In this document: in pieces, positions 54,302-63,112 of the stretch | Position numbering within the stretch: the stretch's first letter is position 1 | Layout of the letters: each line of letters starts with the position of its first letter | From: Gloeobacterales cyanobacterium | GTDB lineage: Bacteria > Cyanobacteriota > Cyanobacteriia > Gloeobacterales > PMM-0068 | Length of the DNA stretch: 64,000 bases | NCBI GenBank assembly: GCA_038245785.1 | Contig: JBBRSB010000019.1 | Location: 22,972-86,971, forward strand | Reading direction: 5' to 3' | Notes under the pieces: model-generated | Told to the model about the DNA's origin: nothing | What the model saw: only the letters and a program-made list of their open reading frames with translations | The model's database searches: none | Made by a program: the position numbers and the translations under genes

Positions 54302-55375
54302 CTATTCCTTTTTGGAATTAGAAGTTGTCGAAGCAACGGCAGGACCAACTACATTGCTTGGATCGAGGGAATCCGCCAGTTTCGGATTGCCCCCCAGATT
54401 ACTAGAAATGATACGGAGATTATTCGCCATCATTCCGATGTAGGTATGCTGAGGATTTTTATTCTCTAAAGCCAGGGCAGACCCTTCACCAGGCAATTCA
54501 TCATCTGCTGTATTGGCCGTTTTGACCTTAGCTTCGCGGCTGATTTGCTCTTCTACTTTGCTGGGATACACTTCTGAGCCAAAAATCGCAGGTACCCCTT
54601 CTTTTCGTACCTGATCGATCAAACGGGCAACTTCTTTGGCCGAAGGTTCTGCGAAATCAGAAGGCTGAATCGCCCCAATTACTTGAAAGCCATACTCTCT
54701 CGCCCAATACGCCCAGGAATCATGATAGGTAAGCAGTTTGCGATTCTTAGCAGGAATGCTAGCCACTACAGTACGAGATACCTTATCCAAACTCTCTAAG
54801 CGCTTTAGGTAGCTCTTGAGATTGGCTTCGTAATAGGACTTGCCCTTAGGCTCTAGGGCGCTCAACTGTTGCGTAGCCAACTTGGCATAGACTTCGGCAT
54901 ACTTAGGATTGACCCAGAGGTGTGGATTGGGCTTGCCACCAGACTTAGGAAAGCTGAAATCATAAAGCCACTGCTTCTCCGTGATCGTATTGCTACCTAA
55001 TTCGTAAATTTTTGTGCCCTTGGGCTTAACAGAATTAGCCAGCTTTTCTGTGGGGGCCTCTAGTTTCAAGCCATTCACAAGAATTAAATCTGCTCTTGAT
55101 AAAAGCTGAGAGTCTGAAGGTCTAGGCTCAAAAGTATGAGAATCTGTTCCCTCAGGAATAATTCCTTGGACTTCAACCCGATCTCCGGCAATATTGCTGA
55201 CAATATTAGTGATTGGAGCTACGGTTGTAACTACTAGTAACCTCTTCTGAGGTAAAGCCTCAGAAGACTGGGCAATCATCACTGATCTTGAAGAAGGAGC
55301 TGCCAGAGCAGCAGACTGCATGCTACTAGGCACCATAGCCAGGGCAAAAGCTACAAATGATAGGATATTGTTCAT
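54302..55375 (-). CDS. Metal ABC substrate-binding protein (ZnuA/MntC cluster A-I)
   Basis: DSHTFEP, NPHLW, YHDSW; no His-rich loop. Confidence 0.92.
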   Translation of the reverse strand: MNNILSFVAFALAMVPSSMQSAALAAPSSRSVMIAQSSEALPQKRLLVVTTVAPITNIVSNIAGDRVEVQGIIPEGTDSHTFEPRPSDSQLLSRADLILVNGLKLEAPTEKLANSVKPKGTKIYELGSNTITEKQWLYDFSFPKSGGKPNPHLWVNPKYAEVYAKLATQQLSALEPKGKSYYEANLKSYLKRLESLDKVSRTVVASIPAKNRKLLTYHDSWAYWAREYGFQVIGAIQPSDFAEPSAKEVARLIDQVRKEGVPAIFGSEVYPSKVEEQISREAKVKTANTADDELPGEGSALALENKNPQHTYIGMMANNLRIISSNLGGNPKLADSLDPSNVVGPAVASTTSNSKKE

Positions 55376-55707
55376 ACAACCTGAACTTTCTTGATGGGCT
55401 TAGGGTCTTCTATCGAAGGTACTGCCTCCTATCCTACTGCTGTAGAAACTTAAAGCAAGTCTTAACGCTTATGGAAGAAAATCGTAAAGATCCCCTAGGA
55501 AACGCCAAAATAGGTGCAAAAAAATAAATCCTTGTAACAACTTCAAAGAGTATTTGAAATCACAAGGCCAATCACCATAAAACATCCAGTCTCGATTCTA
55601 TGCATCGGCGTAAACCTAAAAGGATCCGCATTATGCTTATCAGAGATTTGATTATTTACGCGATCTTTGATTGTTTTCCTTAATATATATTTTCTAGAAT
55701 GCGTTAA

Positions 55708-55727
55708 ACCTGTACCAAAGGACAGGG
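55708..55727. promoter_or_regulatory. lux-box-like operator 1
   Basis: ACCTGTACCAAAGGACAGGG; 19/21 identical to 61748-61768. Confidence 0.7.
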
Positions 55728-55820
55728 ATCTGAGACACTCATCAGAATTGAATATAGTCGTCTGGGTAAGCGTACGATGACACCTGAAGCCAGATGGGTA
55801 TAAGTGCAGGAAGGCGAACA

Positions 55821-56528
55821 ATGACGCAAACAAAAGGGCGGCTATATGGATTGGGGATTGGGCCAGGCGATCCGGAACTGTTAACACTCAAGGCTTATAG
55901 GATTTTGACTTCGGTGCCGGTCATTGCTTATCCCACCCTGGAAAGCGGTAAGGCTCTGGCACGAGCGATCGTTGCTGATTTTATTCGTCCAGAGCAGATT
56001 GAACTTCCGATGCCGCTCCCCTTCAGCACAGAGCGGTCAGCACAGCCTTACTACGACATAGCGGCTGAAAATATTGCTCAATGTCTAATAAAGGGGCAGG
56101 ATGTGGCCGTTCTGTGTGAAGGAGATCCGATGCTCTACGGCTCGTTTATGTATATTTTCAATCGCCTCTCTGGACGCTTTCAAACGGAAGTCGTGCCGGG
56201 AATCTCTTCGACCTTTGCCAGTGCTTCTATGCTCGGTGCTCCGCTTACCTACGGCCATGATGTTCTGAGCATTATGCCTGCCATCCTAGATGCAGCAACT
56301 TTGAGCAGTCGCCTTGCTGTTGTCGATGCAGCGATCATCATCAAAATAGGTAGACACTTCGCCAAGGTCCGCACGGTGCTGGAGGAATTAGGCTTACTTC
56401 CACGAGCGCTGTACATCGAACACGCCACCATGCTCAGTCAGAAAACCCGTCCGATCGCCGAGATTGAACCTAACGAAGTGCCCTACTGGGCCATCATTCT
56501 CATTCCCAGCCAAACGGAACCGCAGTAA
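55821..56528 (+). CDS. cobI: Precorrin-2 C20-methyltransferase
   Basis: GIGPGDPELLTLKA, EGDPMLYGSF, VPGISS. Confidence 0.92.
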   Translation: MTQTKGRLYGLGIGPGDPELLTLKAYRILTSVPVIAYPTLESGKALARAIVADFIRPEQIELPMPLPFSTERSAQPYYDIAAENIAQCLIKGQDVAVLCEGDPMLYGSFMYIFNRLSGRFQTEVVPGISSTFASASMLGAPLTYGHDVLSIMPAILDAATLSSRLAVVDAAIIIKIGRHFAKVRTVLEELGLLPRALYIEHATMLSQKTRPIAEIEPNEVPYWAIILIPSQTEPQ

Positions 56529-56587
56529 AAACGTTTACTCTTATTTCAGATCAATCCCTTTCTTTCTCCTGATTCCAATTGGAGACT

Positions 56588-57685
56588 ATGGCTCGTTCAG
56601 GTTACACACTGCCCGTTTTCGCGGTTGCTGCTGCCAAAGCAGCCCTGTTGCACTTGCTAGAAGCTGGCAAGGCTCGGCAGTCGGTTGAGATGAGTCTGCT
56701 ACCAGGAACGGCTGATATTCCTATCGATCAGGTTGCTGCACTCGATGCGCAGAGTGCTCTAGCGATTACGCTCAGCGATCCGGGAGATAATCTCGATTTG
56801 ACCCGCCATACTCCGATTTGGGCATGGGTGACGGTTTCAGAACGGCAGTCAGAAGCCTTAGTCTTGCAAGCTGGAGAAGGATTGGGTAGAACAGCACTGG
56901 GCGAGCCCGCCATCTATAGCTACGCTCGTCGTCTCTTTGAGGCTAATCTCCTCTCTCTTATTCCTACTGAACAAACGGTCACCGTGACAATCACTCTGCC
57001 CGAAGGTCGTCAATTGGCGAAACGCACTTCCAATGAAGCTTTTGGCATCTTGGAAGGGCTATCATTATTAGGCACGAGCGGTATTTCTCGACCGCTATCA
57101 GCGGCAGATCATCTGGAAGAATTCCGGCAAACTCTCCGCAAAACGGTCAAAATGCGTTCCCATTTAGTATTTTGCATTGGCAGCAGCGGTCAACAGGTCG
57201 CTCAACGCTTAGGCATTCCAGCGGATGCGATCGTGCCGACAGGCAATTGGATCGGAGCCCTACTTGTAGAAGCTGGACTCTATCAAGCAAAATCTGTCCT
57301 GCTGCTGGGCTATCAAGGAAAGCTGGTCAAACTAGCCGGAGGTATTTTTAATACATCGAGCCATCTAGCTGATGCCAAGTTGGAAATTATCAGTGCGTCG
57401 GTGGTTGCCGTCGGTGGAGATTTATCGGCGGTACGGTCGGTTTTAGAAGCTGAGACTGCTGATGCTGCTTATCAAAACTTAGTTAACTTGGGACTGGCGG
57501 AAGCTGTATTTACGCATCTTGCCCAAAAAATTAGCCAGAAGTCACAGGCCTATATCCAGAAATACGCCAATATAGACCTGACCATGGGCACTATCTTATT
57601 CGACCGCAAAGGTCAGATTATCAGTCAAGATACACAGGCGACTCAGTTGCTCGCCCCCCTGCCCCCCAATTCTGGGGGGTTCTGA
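56588..57685 (+). CDS. cbiD: Cobalt-precorrin-5B C1-methyltransferase
   Basis: SGYTLPVFA, SDPGDNLDLT, RTSNEAFGILEGLSLLGTSG, GKLVKLAGGIFNT. Confidence 0.93.
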   Translation: MARSGYTLPVFAVAAAKAALLHLLEAGKARQSVEMSLLPGTADIPIDQVAALDAQSALAITLSDPGDNLDLTRHTPIWAWVTVSERQSEALVLQAGEGLGRTALGEPAIYSYARRLFEANLLSLIPTEQTVTVTITLPEGRQLAKRTSNEAFGILEGLSLLGTSGISRPLSAADHLEEFRQTLRKTVKMRSHLVFCIGSSGQQVAQRLGIPADAIVPTGNWIGALLVEAGLYQAKSVLLLGYQGKLVKLAGGIFNTSSHLADAKLEIISASVVAVGGDLSAVRSVLEAETADAAYQNLVNLGLAEAVFTHLAQKISQKSQAYIQKYANIDLTMGTILFDRKGQIISQDTQATQLLAPLPPNSGGF

Positions 57686-57718
57686 CGTAATTCAAAGCCC
57701 CCCAAAGTTGGGGGGGCG
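57652..57718. repeat. Double-hairpin dispersed repeat overlapping the cbiD 3' end
   Basis: GCCCCCCAATTCTGGGGGGT and GCCCCCCAAAGTTGGGGGGG, flanked by CGCCCCCC/GGGGGGCG. Confidence 0.75.
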
Positions 57719-57764
57719 GTTCGCCAGGATATATAAGTAACTTCTAATCGATGAGCCGTTGTAG

Positions 57765-58976
57765 ATGCAGAAATGGTTGTCCGTAGTTGGAATTGGTGAA
57801 GATGGGTTAGCTGGTTTAAGTGCGACCGCTTGCTCGCTCGTCAAGCGTGCAGAAGTGATTGTCGGTGGGGAACGTCATCTAACGATGCTACCAGCCGACG
57901 ATCCACAAGTTTCCCAGGAAAAACTGATCTGGTCTTCTCCGATCGCTACCTCCATCGATGAAATTCTGCAGCGACGCGGTCAGTCTGTGTGCGTGCTCGC
58001 CAGCGGTGACCCGATGTGGTTTGGCATCGGCGTTACCCTCACTCGTACGATTCCCCTATCCGAAATGATCATTATTCCAGCCCCTTCCTCTTTCAGCCTT
58101 GCGTGCGCTCGATTGGGATGGGCTCTGGCAGAGGTGGAAACGCTCAGTCTATGCGGTCGTCCTCCTGCCTTGCTCCAAGCTGTCCTCTATCCTGGAGCAC
58201 GGTTGCTGATCCTTAGTGAAGGGAAACAAACTCCTGGCATAGTTGCGAAACTCCTCACCGACTGTGGCTATGGGAGCAGCACTGTAAAAGTTTTGGAATA
58301 CATGGGTGGTGAACGCGAAAAGATTACCGAAGGGACCGCAGCATCCTGGCCAGCGATAGACTCAGCCGACTTAAATACGATCGCGGTTGAGTGCCTGGCC
58401 GAACCGGAGATTATTCCTCTCACTGGACGCACAGGGCTTCCTGATAGTGCCTATCACCACGATGGACAGTTAACCAAACAAGAAGTACGGGCCGTGACGC
58501 TAACCGCTCTAGCTCCTATTCCAGGGCAGTTGTTGTGGGATGTGGGCGCTGGATGTGGCTCCGTCGCCATCGAATGGATGCGCAGTCATTCCCGCTGTCG
58601 CGCGATCGCGATTGAGAAATCAAGAACGCACTACATCGCAGACAATGCGACGGCTCTCGGTACGCCCAATCTGCACATTGTTGAGGGAATCGCACCGAGC
58701 GTACTCAAGGATTTACCCAAGCCCGATGCGATTTTCATCGGCGGCGGGGTAACGACAGAGGGTGTTTTGGAGACCTGTTGGGCAGCTTTGTGCTCAGGCG
58801 GTCGCCTAGTGGTGAATGTCGTCACGCTAGAAGGAGAGCAGAAACTGTTTGAATGGCATCAGCAAGTCGGTGGGACTTTAACTAGGATTGGGATTCAACG
58901 GGCAGAACCACTCGGTTCTTTCTTAGGCTGGAAACCCATGGCTACCGTGACTCAATGGACTGTACATAAGCCCTGA
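57765..58976 (+). CDS. cobL: Precorrin-6Y C5,15-methyltransferase (CbiE-CbiT fusion)
   Basis: VVGIGEDG, ASGDPMWFGIG, LTKQEVR, WDVGAGCGS, PDAIFIGGG. Confidence 0.93.
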   Translation: MQKWLSVVGIGEDGLAGLSATACSLVKRAEVIVGGERHLTMLPADDPQVSQEKLIWSSPIATSIDEILQRRGQSVCVLASGDPMWFGIGVTLTRTIPLSEMIIIPAPSSFSLACARLGWALAEVETLSLCGRPPALLQAVLYPGARLLILSEGKQTPGIVAKLLTDCGYGSSTVKVLEYMGGEREKITEGTAASWPAIDSADLNTIAVECLAEPEIIPLTGRTGLPDSAYHHDGQLTKQEVRAVTLTALAPIPGQLLWDVGAGCGSVAIEWMRSHSRCRAIAIEKSRTHYIADNATALGTPNLHIVEGIAPSVLKDLPKPDAIFIGGGVTTEGVLETCWAALCSGGRLVVNVVTLEGEQKLFEWHQQVGGTLTRIGIQRAEPLGSFLGWKPMATVTQWTVHKP

Positions 58977-59738
58977 CTAGAGCTTGTCTGTCAACCAGAC
59001 AAGAGCTGTCTCTACACTCGATACCTGTGCTCCTGCTGGCATGATTGGACGCCGAATCATCACCATTGGAAGGCGAAGTTCTCTTGCAGCTAGGATTTTG
59101 GCATAGGTGGCCTCTCCACCACTGTTTTTGCTGACAATAAGATCAATCTGGTGATCGATTAACAAGTGTCGTTCCTGCTCCAATGTGAACGGTCCACGAT
59201 CGTGCAACAGTAATCCATTAGGCATAAGCGTTTGGGGGTCAGGGGAATCAATCGATCGGATCAAGAACCAAAGGTGAGTCAGCGGGACAAAGGGGGCAAG
59301 CTGTTGTCTACCCGTAGTCAGGAACACGCGCTTAGCCGTATCTGGAATGGCCTCCGCTGCCGCTTCAAGGGTATCGACTTCAATCCAGCAATCACTACTT
59401 ACCCTACTCATCGGTTGCCACGCCGGACGAATCAGCATCAGGTGCGGTATTTCGGCTTCTGCTGCTGCTGCTGCCGCATTCCATGAGATTTGGGCTGCAA
59501 AAGGATGGGTGGCATCGATCGAAAAATCAATCTGCTGAGCCTGTAAATATTGGACCAATCCGGCTTGCCCGCCAAAACCACCGATGCGCACAGAACCCGT
59601 GGGAACGGATGGCTGACGAGTCCGGCCAGCCAGGGAAGTAATAACCTCCACGCCCGAAAGCAGAGAAATCTTGGCAGCGAGTTCCAAGGCATCGCCCGTT
59701 CCGCCTAGAATAAGAACCCGTATCATCGGTCTGGCCAT
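58977..59738 (-). CDS. cobK: Precorrin-6A / cobalt-precorrin-6A reductase
   Basis: LILGGT, GGFGG, DATHPFA, SKNSGG, KILAA. Confidence 0.94.
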   Translation of the reverse strand: MARPMIRVLILGGTGDALELAAKISLLSGVEVITSLAGRTRQPSVPTGSVRIGGFGGQAGLVQYLQAQQIDFSIDATHPFAAQISWNAAAAAAEAEIPHLMLIRPAWQPMSRVSSDCWIEVDTLEAAAEAIPDTAKRVFLTTGRQQLAPFVPLTHLWFLIRSIDSPDPQTLMPNGLLLHDRGPFTLEQERHLLIDHQIDLIVSKNSGGEATYAKILAARELRLPMVMIRRPIMPAGAQVSSVETALVWLTDKL

Positions 59739-59819
59739 AGTGGGGATAGTTTTGAGCGATAGATTACTTGGAATTCCATCTCGACCAGCAATTAAACCTT
59801 TAGGACAAGCGCAATACTC

Positions 59820-61187
59820 ATGAGCATCATCATCGCAGGTGAGCGGAGTGGCGTTGGTAAAACAACGGTCACACTAATGCTTTTAACGGCTTTGAGTCGC
59901 CGTAGCCAGAAGGTACAATCTTTCAAGGTCGGTCCCGATTATATCGATCCCATGTTCCATCAAGAGGTGACGGGCCGTGCGTGTCGCAATCTAGACCCTG
60001 TATTGACCTCAGAAGCCTATGTTCAGCAATGCTTTGATCTTCATAGCCAGGATGTTGACTACGCTCTGATTGAAGGAGTGATGGGATTATTTGATGGGGC
60101 GAGCGGAGCAGATGATTATGCCAGTACAGCTCACATTGCCCGTCTGTTAGACCTGCCCGTTATTTTGGTACTGGATTGTAGCCGCTTGTCTCGCTCTATC
60201 GCAGCGATTGCCCATGGCTACTGCACGTTTGATCCTCGTATTCAAATAGCGGGCGTAGTCTTAAACCGAGTCGGCAGTGACCGCCATCTAGAATTGCTCA
60301 CTGATGCGCTGACGCCTCTAAATCTTCCTATCTTGGGTGTACTGCGTCGCCAAGACAGCATCACTATTCCTGATCGACATCTTGGCTTAGTGCCCACGGC
60401 TGAACTTAACAACTTTCACGCATTGACTGAAGAACTCGCGCATCTCGGAGAAACCTGCTTCGATTGGTCAAAGCTATTACCTCTACTCAAACAAGCAACC
60501 AGAAACTCGCCCTTAATCAAATCACCTAAAATCCAAAATTCAGCACCCAAGGTCCGTGTGGCCGTCGCTCGGGATGCCGCGTTCAATTTCTACTATGCCG
60601 ACAATCTTGAACTTCTAGAGCGCCTGGGCGCAGAACTCGTTCCCTGGAGCCCGTTGCGAGATATAAAATTGCCAGAAGATATCCAAGGACTTTATTTTGG
60701 CGGTGGTTTTCCAGAAGTCTTTGCCGCTGAACTGGCGAATAATACTCAGGCTCAGGCTCAAGTGCAAGCGCAGATTCAAGCAGGGCTCCCCACCTACGCT
60801 GAGTGCGGCGGATTGATGTATTTATGTGAGCAAATTATCGATTTTACGGGGCAAGCTCATCGAATGGTCGGCATTTTGCCTTCCATTGCTGTCATGGGAA
60901 AACGGCTCACGTTAGGCTACCGACAGGCCGTTACCATGCAAAACAGCCCTTTCATGGCTCAAGGCACTCAAGTTTGGGGACATGAGTTTCATCGCTCTGA
61001 ATTAACCATAAAACCGAAACAGCCCCTGTTTCGAATGCAAGGCTACGCAGCGAACAGCCTCAAGAAAGAGGAAGGCTGGCAGATTTATCAAGTGCATGCT
61101 TCCTACCTGCATGTACACTTTGGCGCACAACCAGATATTCCCCTCCGGTTTGTGCAGCAGTATCAACGGTTTGCGCGGGGCAGTTGA
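59820..61187 (+). CDS. cobB: Cobyrinate a,c-diamide synthase
   Basis: SGVGKTT, KVGPDYIDP, EGVMGLFDG, RHLGL, AECGG, GHEFH. Confidence 0.95.
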   Translation: MSIIIAGERSGVGKTTVTLMLLTALSRRSQKVQSFKVGPDYIDPMFHQEVTGRACRNLDPVLTSEAYVQQCFDLHSQDVDYALIEGVMGLFDGASGADDYASTAHIARLLDLPVILVLDCSRLSRSIAAIAHGYCTFDPRIQIAGVVLNRVGSDRHLELLTDALTPLNLPILGVLRRQDSITIPDRHLGLVPTAELNNFHALTEELAHLGETCFDWSKLLPLLKQATRNSPLIKSPKIQNSAPKVRVAVARDAAFNFYYADNLELLERLGAELVPWSPLRDIKLPEDIQGLYFGGGFPEVFAAELANNTQAQAQVQAQIQAGLPTYAECGGLMYLCEQIIDFTGQAHRMVGILPSIAVMGKRLTLGYRQAVTMQNSPFMAQGTQVWGHEFHRSELTIKPKQPLFRMQGYAANSLKKEEGWQIYQVHASYLHVHFGAQPDIPLRFVQQYQRFARGS

Positions 61188-61212
61188 GCGGTAAGCCCTC
61201 GCCCTACCTCAT

Positions 61213-61446
61213 CTAGCCCTTTCTCGCATCGATTTCTAGATAACCAATTAAGCCTGCCCATAGAGCAGTCTGAGCTACTGCATTTAGGCGCTGAAAGCCG
61301 ACAATAGGGCCAGCAACTTTATCTAGACGAAGGGCTCTAATGCCAAACTCAGATGCTGTGCCAATACCAAGTTCGGCAGCGTAAAAAGCCTTGAGTCCGT
61401 TAATCAGGACAGATTTTTGTACATCGGAAACATTCGAAGTATTCAT
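61213..61446 (-). CDS. Small hypothetical protein, possibly membrane-associated
   Basis: 77 aa, GGAG RBS, two Gly/Ala-rich apolar segments. Confidence 0.55.
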   Translation of the reverse strand: MNTSNVSDVQKSVLINGLKAFYAAELGIGTASEFGIRALRLDKVAGPIVGFQRLNAVAQTALWAGLIGYLEIDARKG

Positions 61447-61482
61447 TGTGAAGCTCCGTGAGTGAGTAGCACCGCTATCGTC

Positions 61483-61514
61483 TTCAAAAGCCCTGCTGTT
61501 GCAGGGCTTTTGAA
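61483..61514. terminator. Hairpin downstream of hli
   Basis: TTCAAAAGCCCTGC-tgtt-GCAGGGCTTTTGAA, perfect 14-bp stem. Confidence 0.85.
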
Positions 61515-61529
61515 AGTTGTTGAAATGTT

Positions 61530-61691
61530 CTACATGAGGCCAAGACGGTGAAGCAGACCTTGCTTAGTGGCAGACTCTAGTACAAGCAAGATGACGAAAC
61601 CGAGCATAGCTAGACGCCCATTCCAGATTTCTGCTTGAGGAGTAAAGCCAAATATGAAAGAGTTACGACTCTCGGAATTTTCACTGTTCAT
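61530..61691 (-). CDS. hli: High-light-inducible protein (HLIP/SCP), 53 aa
   Basis: Not in ORF track. MNSENSESRNSFIFGFTPQAEIWNGRLAMLGFVILLVLESATKQGLLHRLGLM, with the ExxNGRxAMxG Chl-binding motif. Confidence 0.95.
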   Translation of the reverse strand: MNSENSESRNSFIFGFTPQAEIWNGRLAMLGFVILLVLESATKQGLLHRLGLM

Positions 61692-61749
61692 GACAAGAGC
61701 TCAAACTGGTTTACACTTCTCAACATATCTTTACCAGACGCAGGATGAA

Positions 61750-61769
61750 ACCTGTACTAGAGGACAGGC
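61750..61769. promoter_or_regulatory. lux-box-like operator 2
   Basis: ACCTGTACTAGAGGACAGGC, 58 nt upstream of the hli ATG. Confidence 0.7.
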
Positions 61770-61938
61770 CAATTAGAAGTTTTGCAAAATCAAGTGATGC
61801 ATAGAAATTTAGCGAAAGAATACTGATGGAGAATTCTTAATCAAAAGCGCTGGAGGTTCTAGCTATAGTACTTACTTCCCTGGATAGGCCAAAAGCTGGT
61901 TTATACTGCTTAATGTATTTTCATGAAGCTTAAAATAA

Positions 61939-61958
61939 ACCTGTACTGTTCATCAGGT
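61939..61958. promoter_or_regulatory. lux-box-like operator 3
   Basis: ACCTGTACTGTTCATCAGGT, 58 nt upstream of the OCP ATG. Confidence 0.6.
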
Positions 61959-62016
61959 GTTTTTTTTGGTGGGCATGGAAAATAGACTTAGTTAGAAAAC
62001 TCTAGAGGCTTCAGTA

Positions 62017-62988
62017 ATGTCACTTACCATTGAGTCAGCCCAAGAGATCTTCTCGGGAAGAGGTCTTCCCAGTAGTATCCCCGTCATCCTCGCTGAGTTT
62101 GAAAAGCTTAGCCTTGAAGACCGACTCGCCCTTCTCTGGTTTGCTTATACCGAGATGGGAAAGTCGATTACTCCTGCAGCCCTCGGTGCTGCCAGCATGA
62201 CCTTAATCGAAAGACTGCTGAATGATATCAAGGGCATGCCTGCCAATGAGCAGACCCAGGCCATGATTGACCTAGCAAGCCGCGCAGATACCCCCGTTAG
62301 CCGGACCTATGGTTACTTTAGCGCCAATATCAAACTCGGATTCTGGTACCAACTCGCTGAATGGATGAAGCAAGGGCTTGTCGCTCCAGCTCCCGCCAAC
62401 TACGAAATGAGCAAGGATGCTACTGCTGTATTCGAAGCTATCAAAAAAGTCGATGGTGGACAGCAGATTCAGGTATTGCGCGACATCGTTCTGAATATGG
62501 GCTATAAGGATAACGTCACTCCAGCCGTAGTCCCAAAGGCATACGAATTCAAGTTTGAACGCACTGAGCCGACAGTCAAGGGCCTTTCTGTTGAGGGTGT
62601 CACTGAGTCCGCCCCACTTGCCTATTTCGAGGCCATGAACCGCGATGATTTCGAGGCAGCAATCGCGCTCTTCGAACCAAATGGTGCCTTGCAGCCTCCT
62701 TTCCAAGAACCGATCATCGGCACAGAGGCGATTGCCGCCTACATGCGCTCTGAAGCACAAGGGCTGAACATGATGCCGACGCGGGGAATCACTGAGTACT
62801 CCGCTGACGGCTCTAAGAAACTGAAGATTACAGGCAAGGTCCAAACTCCTTGGTTTGGCGTCAACGTCGCCATGAACATTGCCTGGCGCTTTGCCCTCAC
62901 TCCCGAAGGCAAGATCTTCTTTGTTGCCATTGATATGCTGGCTTCTCCCGAAGAACTTCTGAATCTCCGCCCACCTAGCTACAAATAG
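62017..62988 (+). CDS. ocp: Orange carotenoid protein (likely OCPx/OCP3 clade)
   Basis: NTD LALLWFAYTEMG, KLGFWY, GQQIQVLR; NTF2-like CTD LQPPFQEPIIG, GKVQTPWFG, IAWRF, ASPEELLNL. Confidence 0.96.
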   Translation: MSLTIESAQEIFSGRGLPSSIPVILAEFEKLSLEDRLALLWFAYTEMGKSITPAALGAASMTLIERLLNDIKGMPANEQTQAMIDLASRADTPVSRTYGYFSANIKLGFWYQLAEWMKQGLVAPAPANYEMSKDATAVFEAIKKVDGGQQIQVLRDIVLNMGYKDNVTPAVVPKAYEFKFERTEPTVKGLSVEGVTESAPLAYFEAMNRDDFEAAIALFEPNGALQPPFQEPIIGTEAIAAYMRSEAQGLNMMPTRGITEYSADGSKKLKITGKVQTPWFGVNVAMNIAWRFALTPEGKIFFVAIDMLASPEELLNLRPPSYK

Positions 62989-63006
62989 TTAATCTTTCTT
63001 TTTGAG

Positions 63007-63036
63007 GAGGTTGTCTGTGAAGGCAGCCTCTTTTTT
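63007..63036 (+). terminator. Intrinsic terminator after ocp
   Basis: GAGGTTGTCT-gtga-AGGCAGCCTC followed by TTTTTT. Confidence 0.8.
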
Positions 63037-63112
63037 CTCAATTTCAGACATTGCCCTTTTATTCCTAAGCTGATTCTTTTTGTATCGGGAAAACCCCACC
63101 CCTGGCACAATC

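Noticed and set aside
55376..55820. Cobalamin riboswitch upstream of the cob or ABC genes
   Set aside because: No GGGAA-GGTG-AATCC, GCCCCCGC-ACTGT or B12-box core found by eye on either strand
55543..55887. 114-aa minus-strand ORF
   Set aside because: It overlaps the cobI start and the AT-rich promoter/operator region and has no protein-like motifs
61870..61889. Fourth lux-like box ACTTACTTCCCTGGATAGGC
   Set aside because: Only the right half resembles the motif; too weak to call
55708..61958. AHL quorum sensing as the explanation for the lux-like boxes
   Set aside because: The regulator has a GAF, not an autoinducer-binding domain, and there is no luxI in the window. The similarity more likely reflects the shared LuxR-type HTH.
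62272..62844. 190-aa antisense ORF in ocp and the many other short shadow ORFs in the track
   Set aside because: They overlap well-supported genes and have no recognisable motifs
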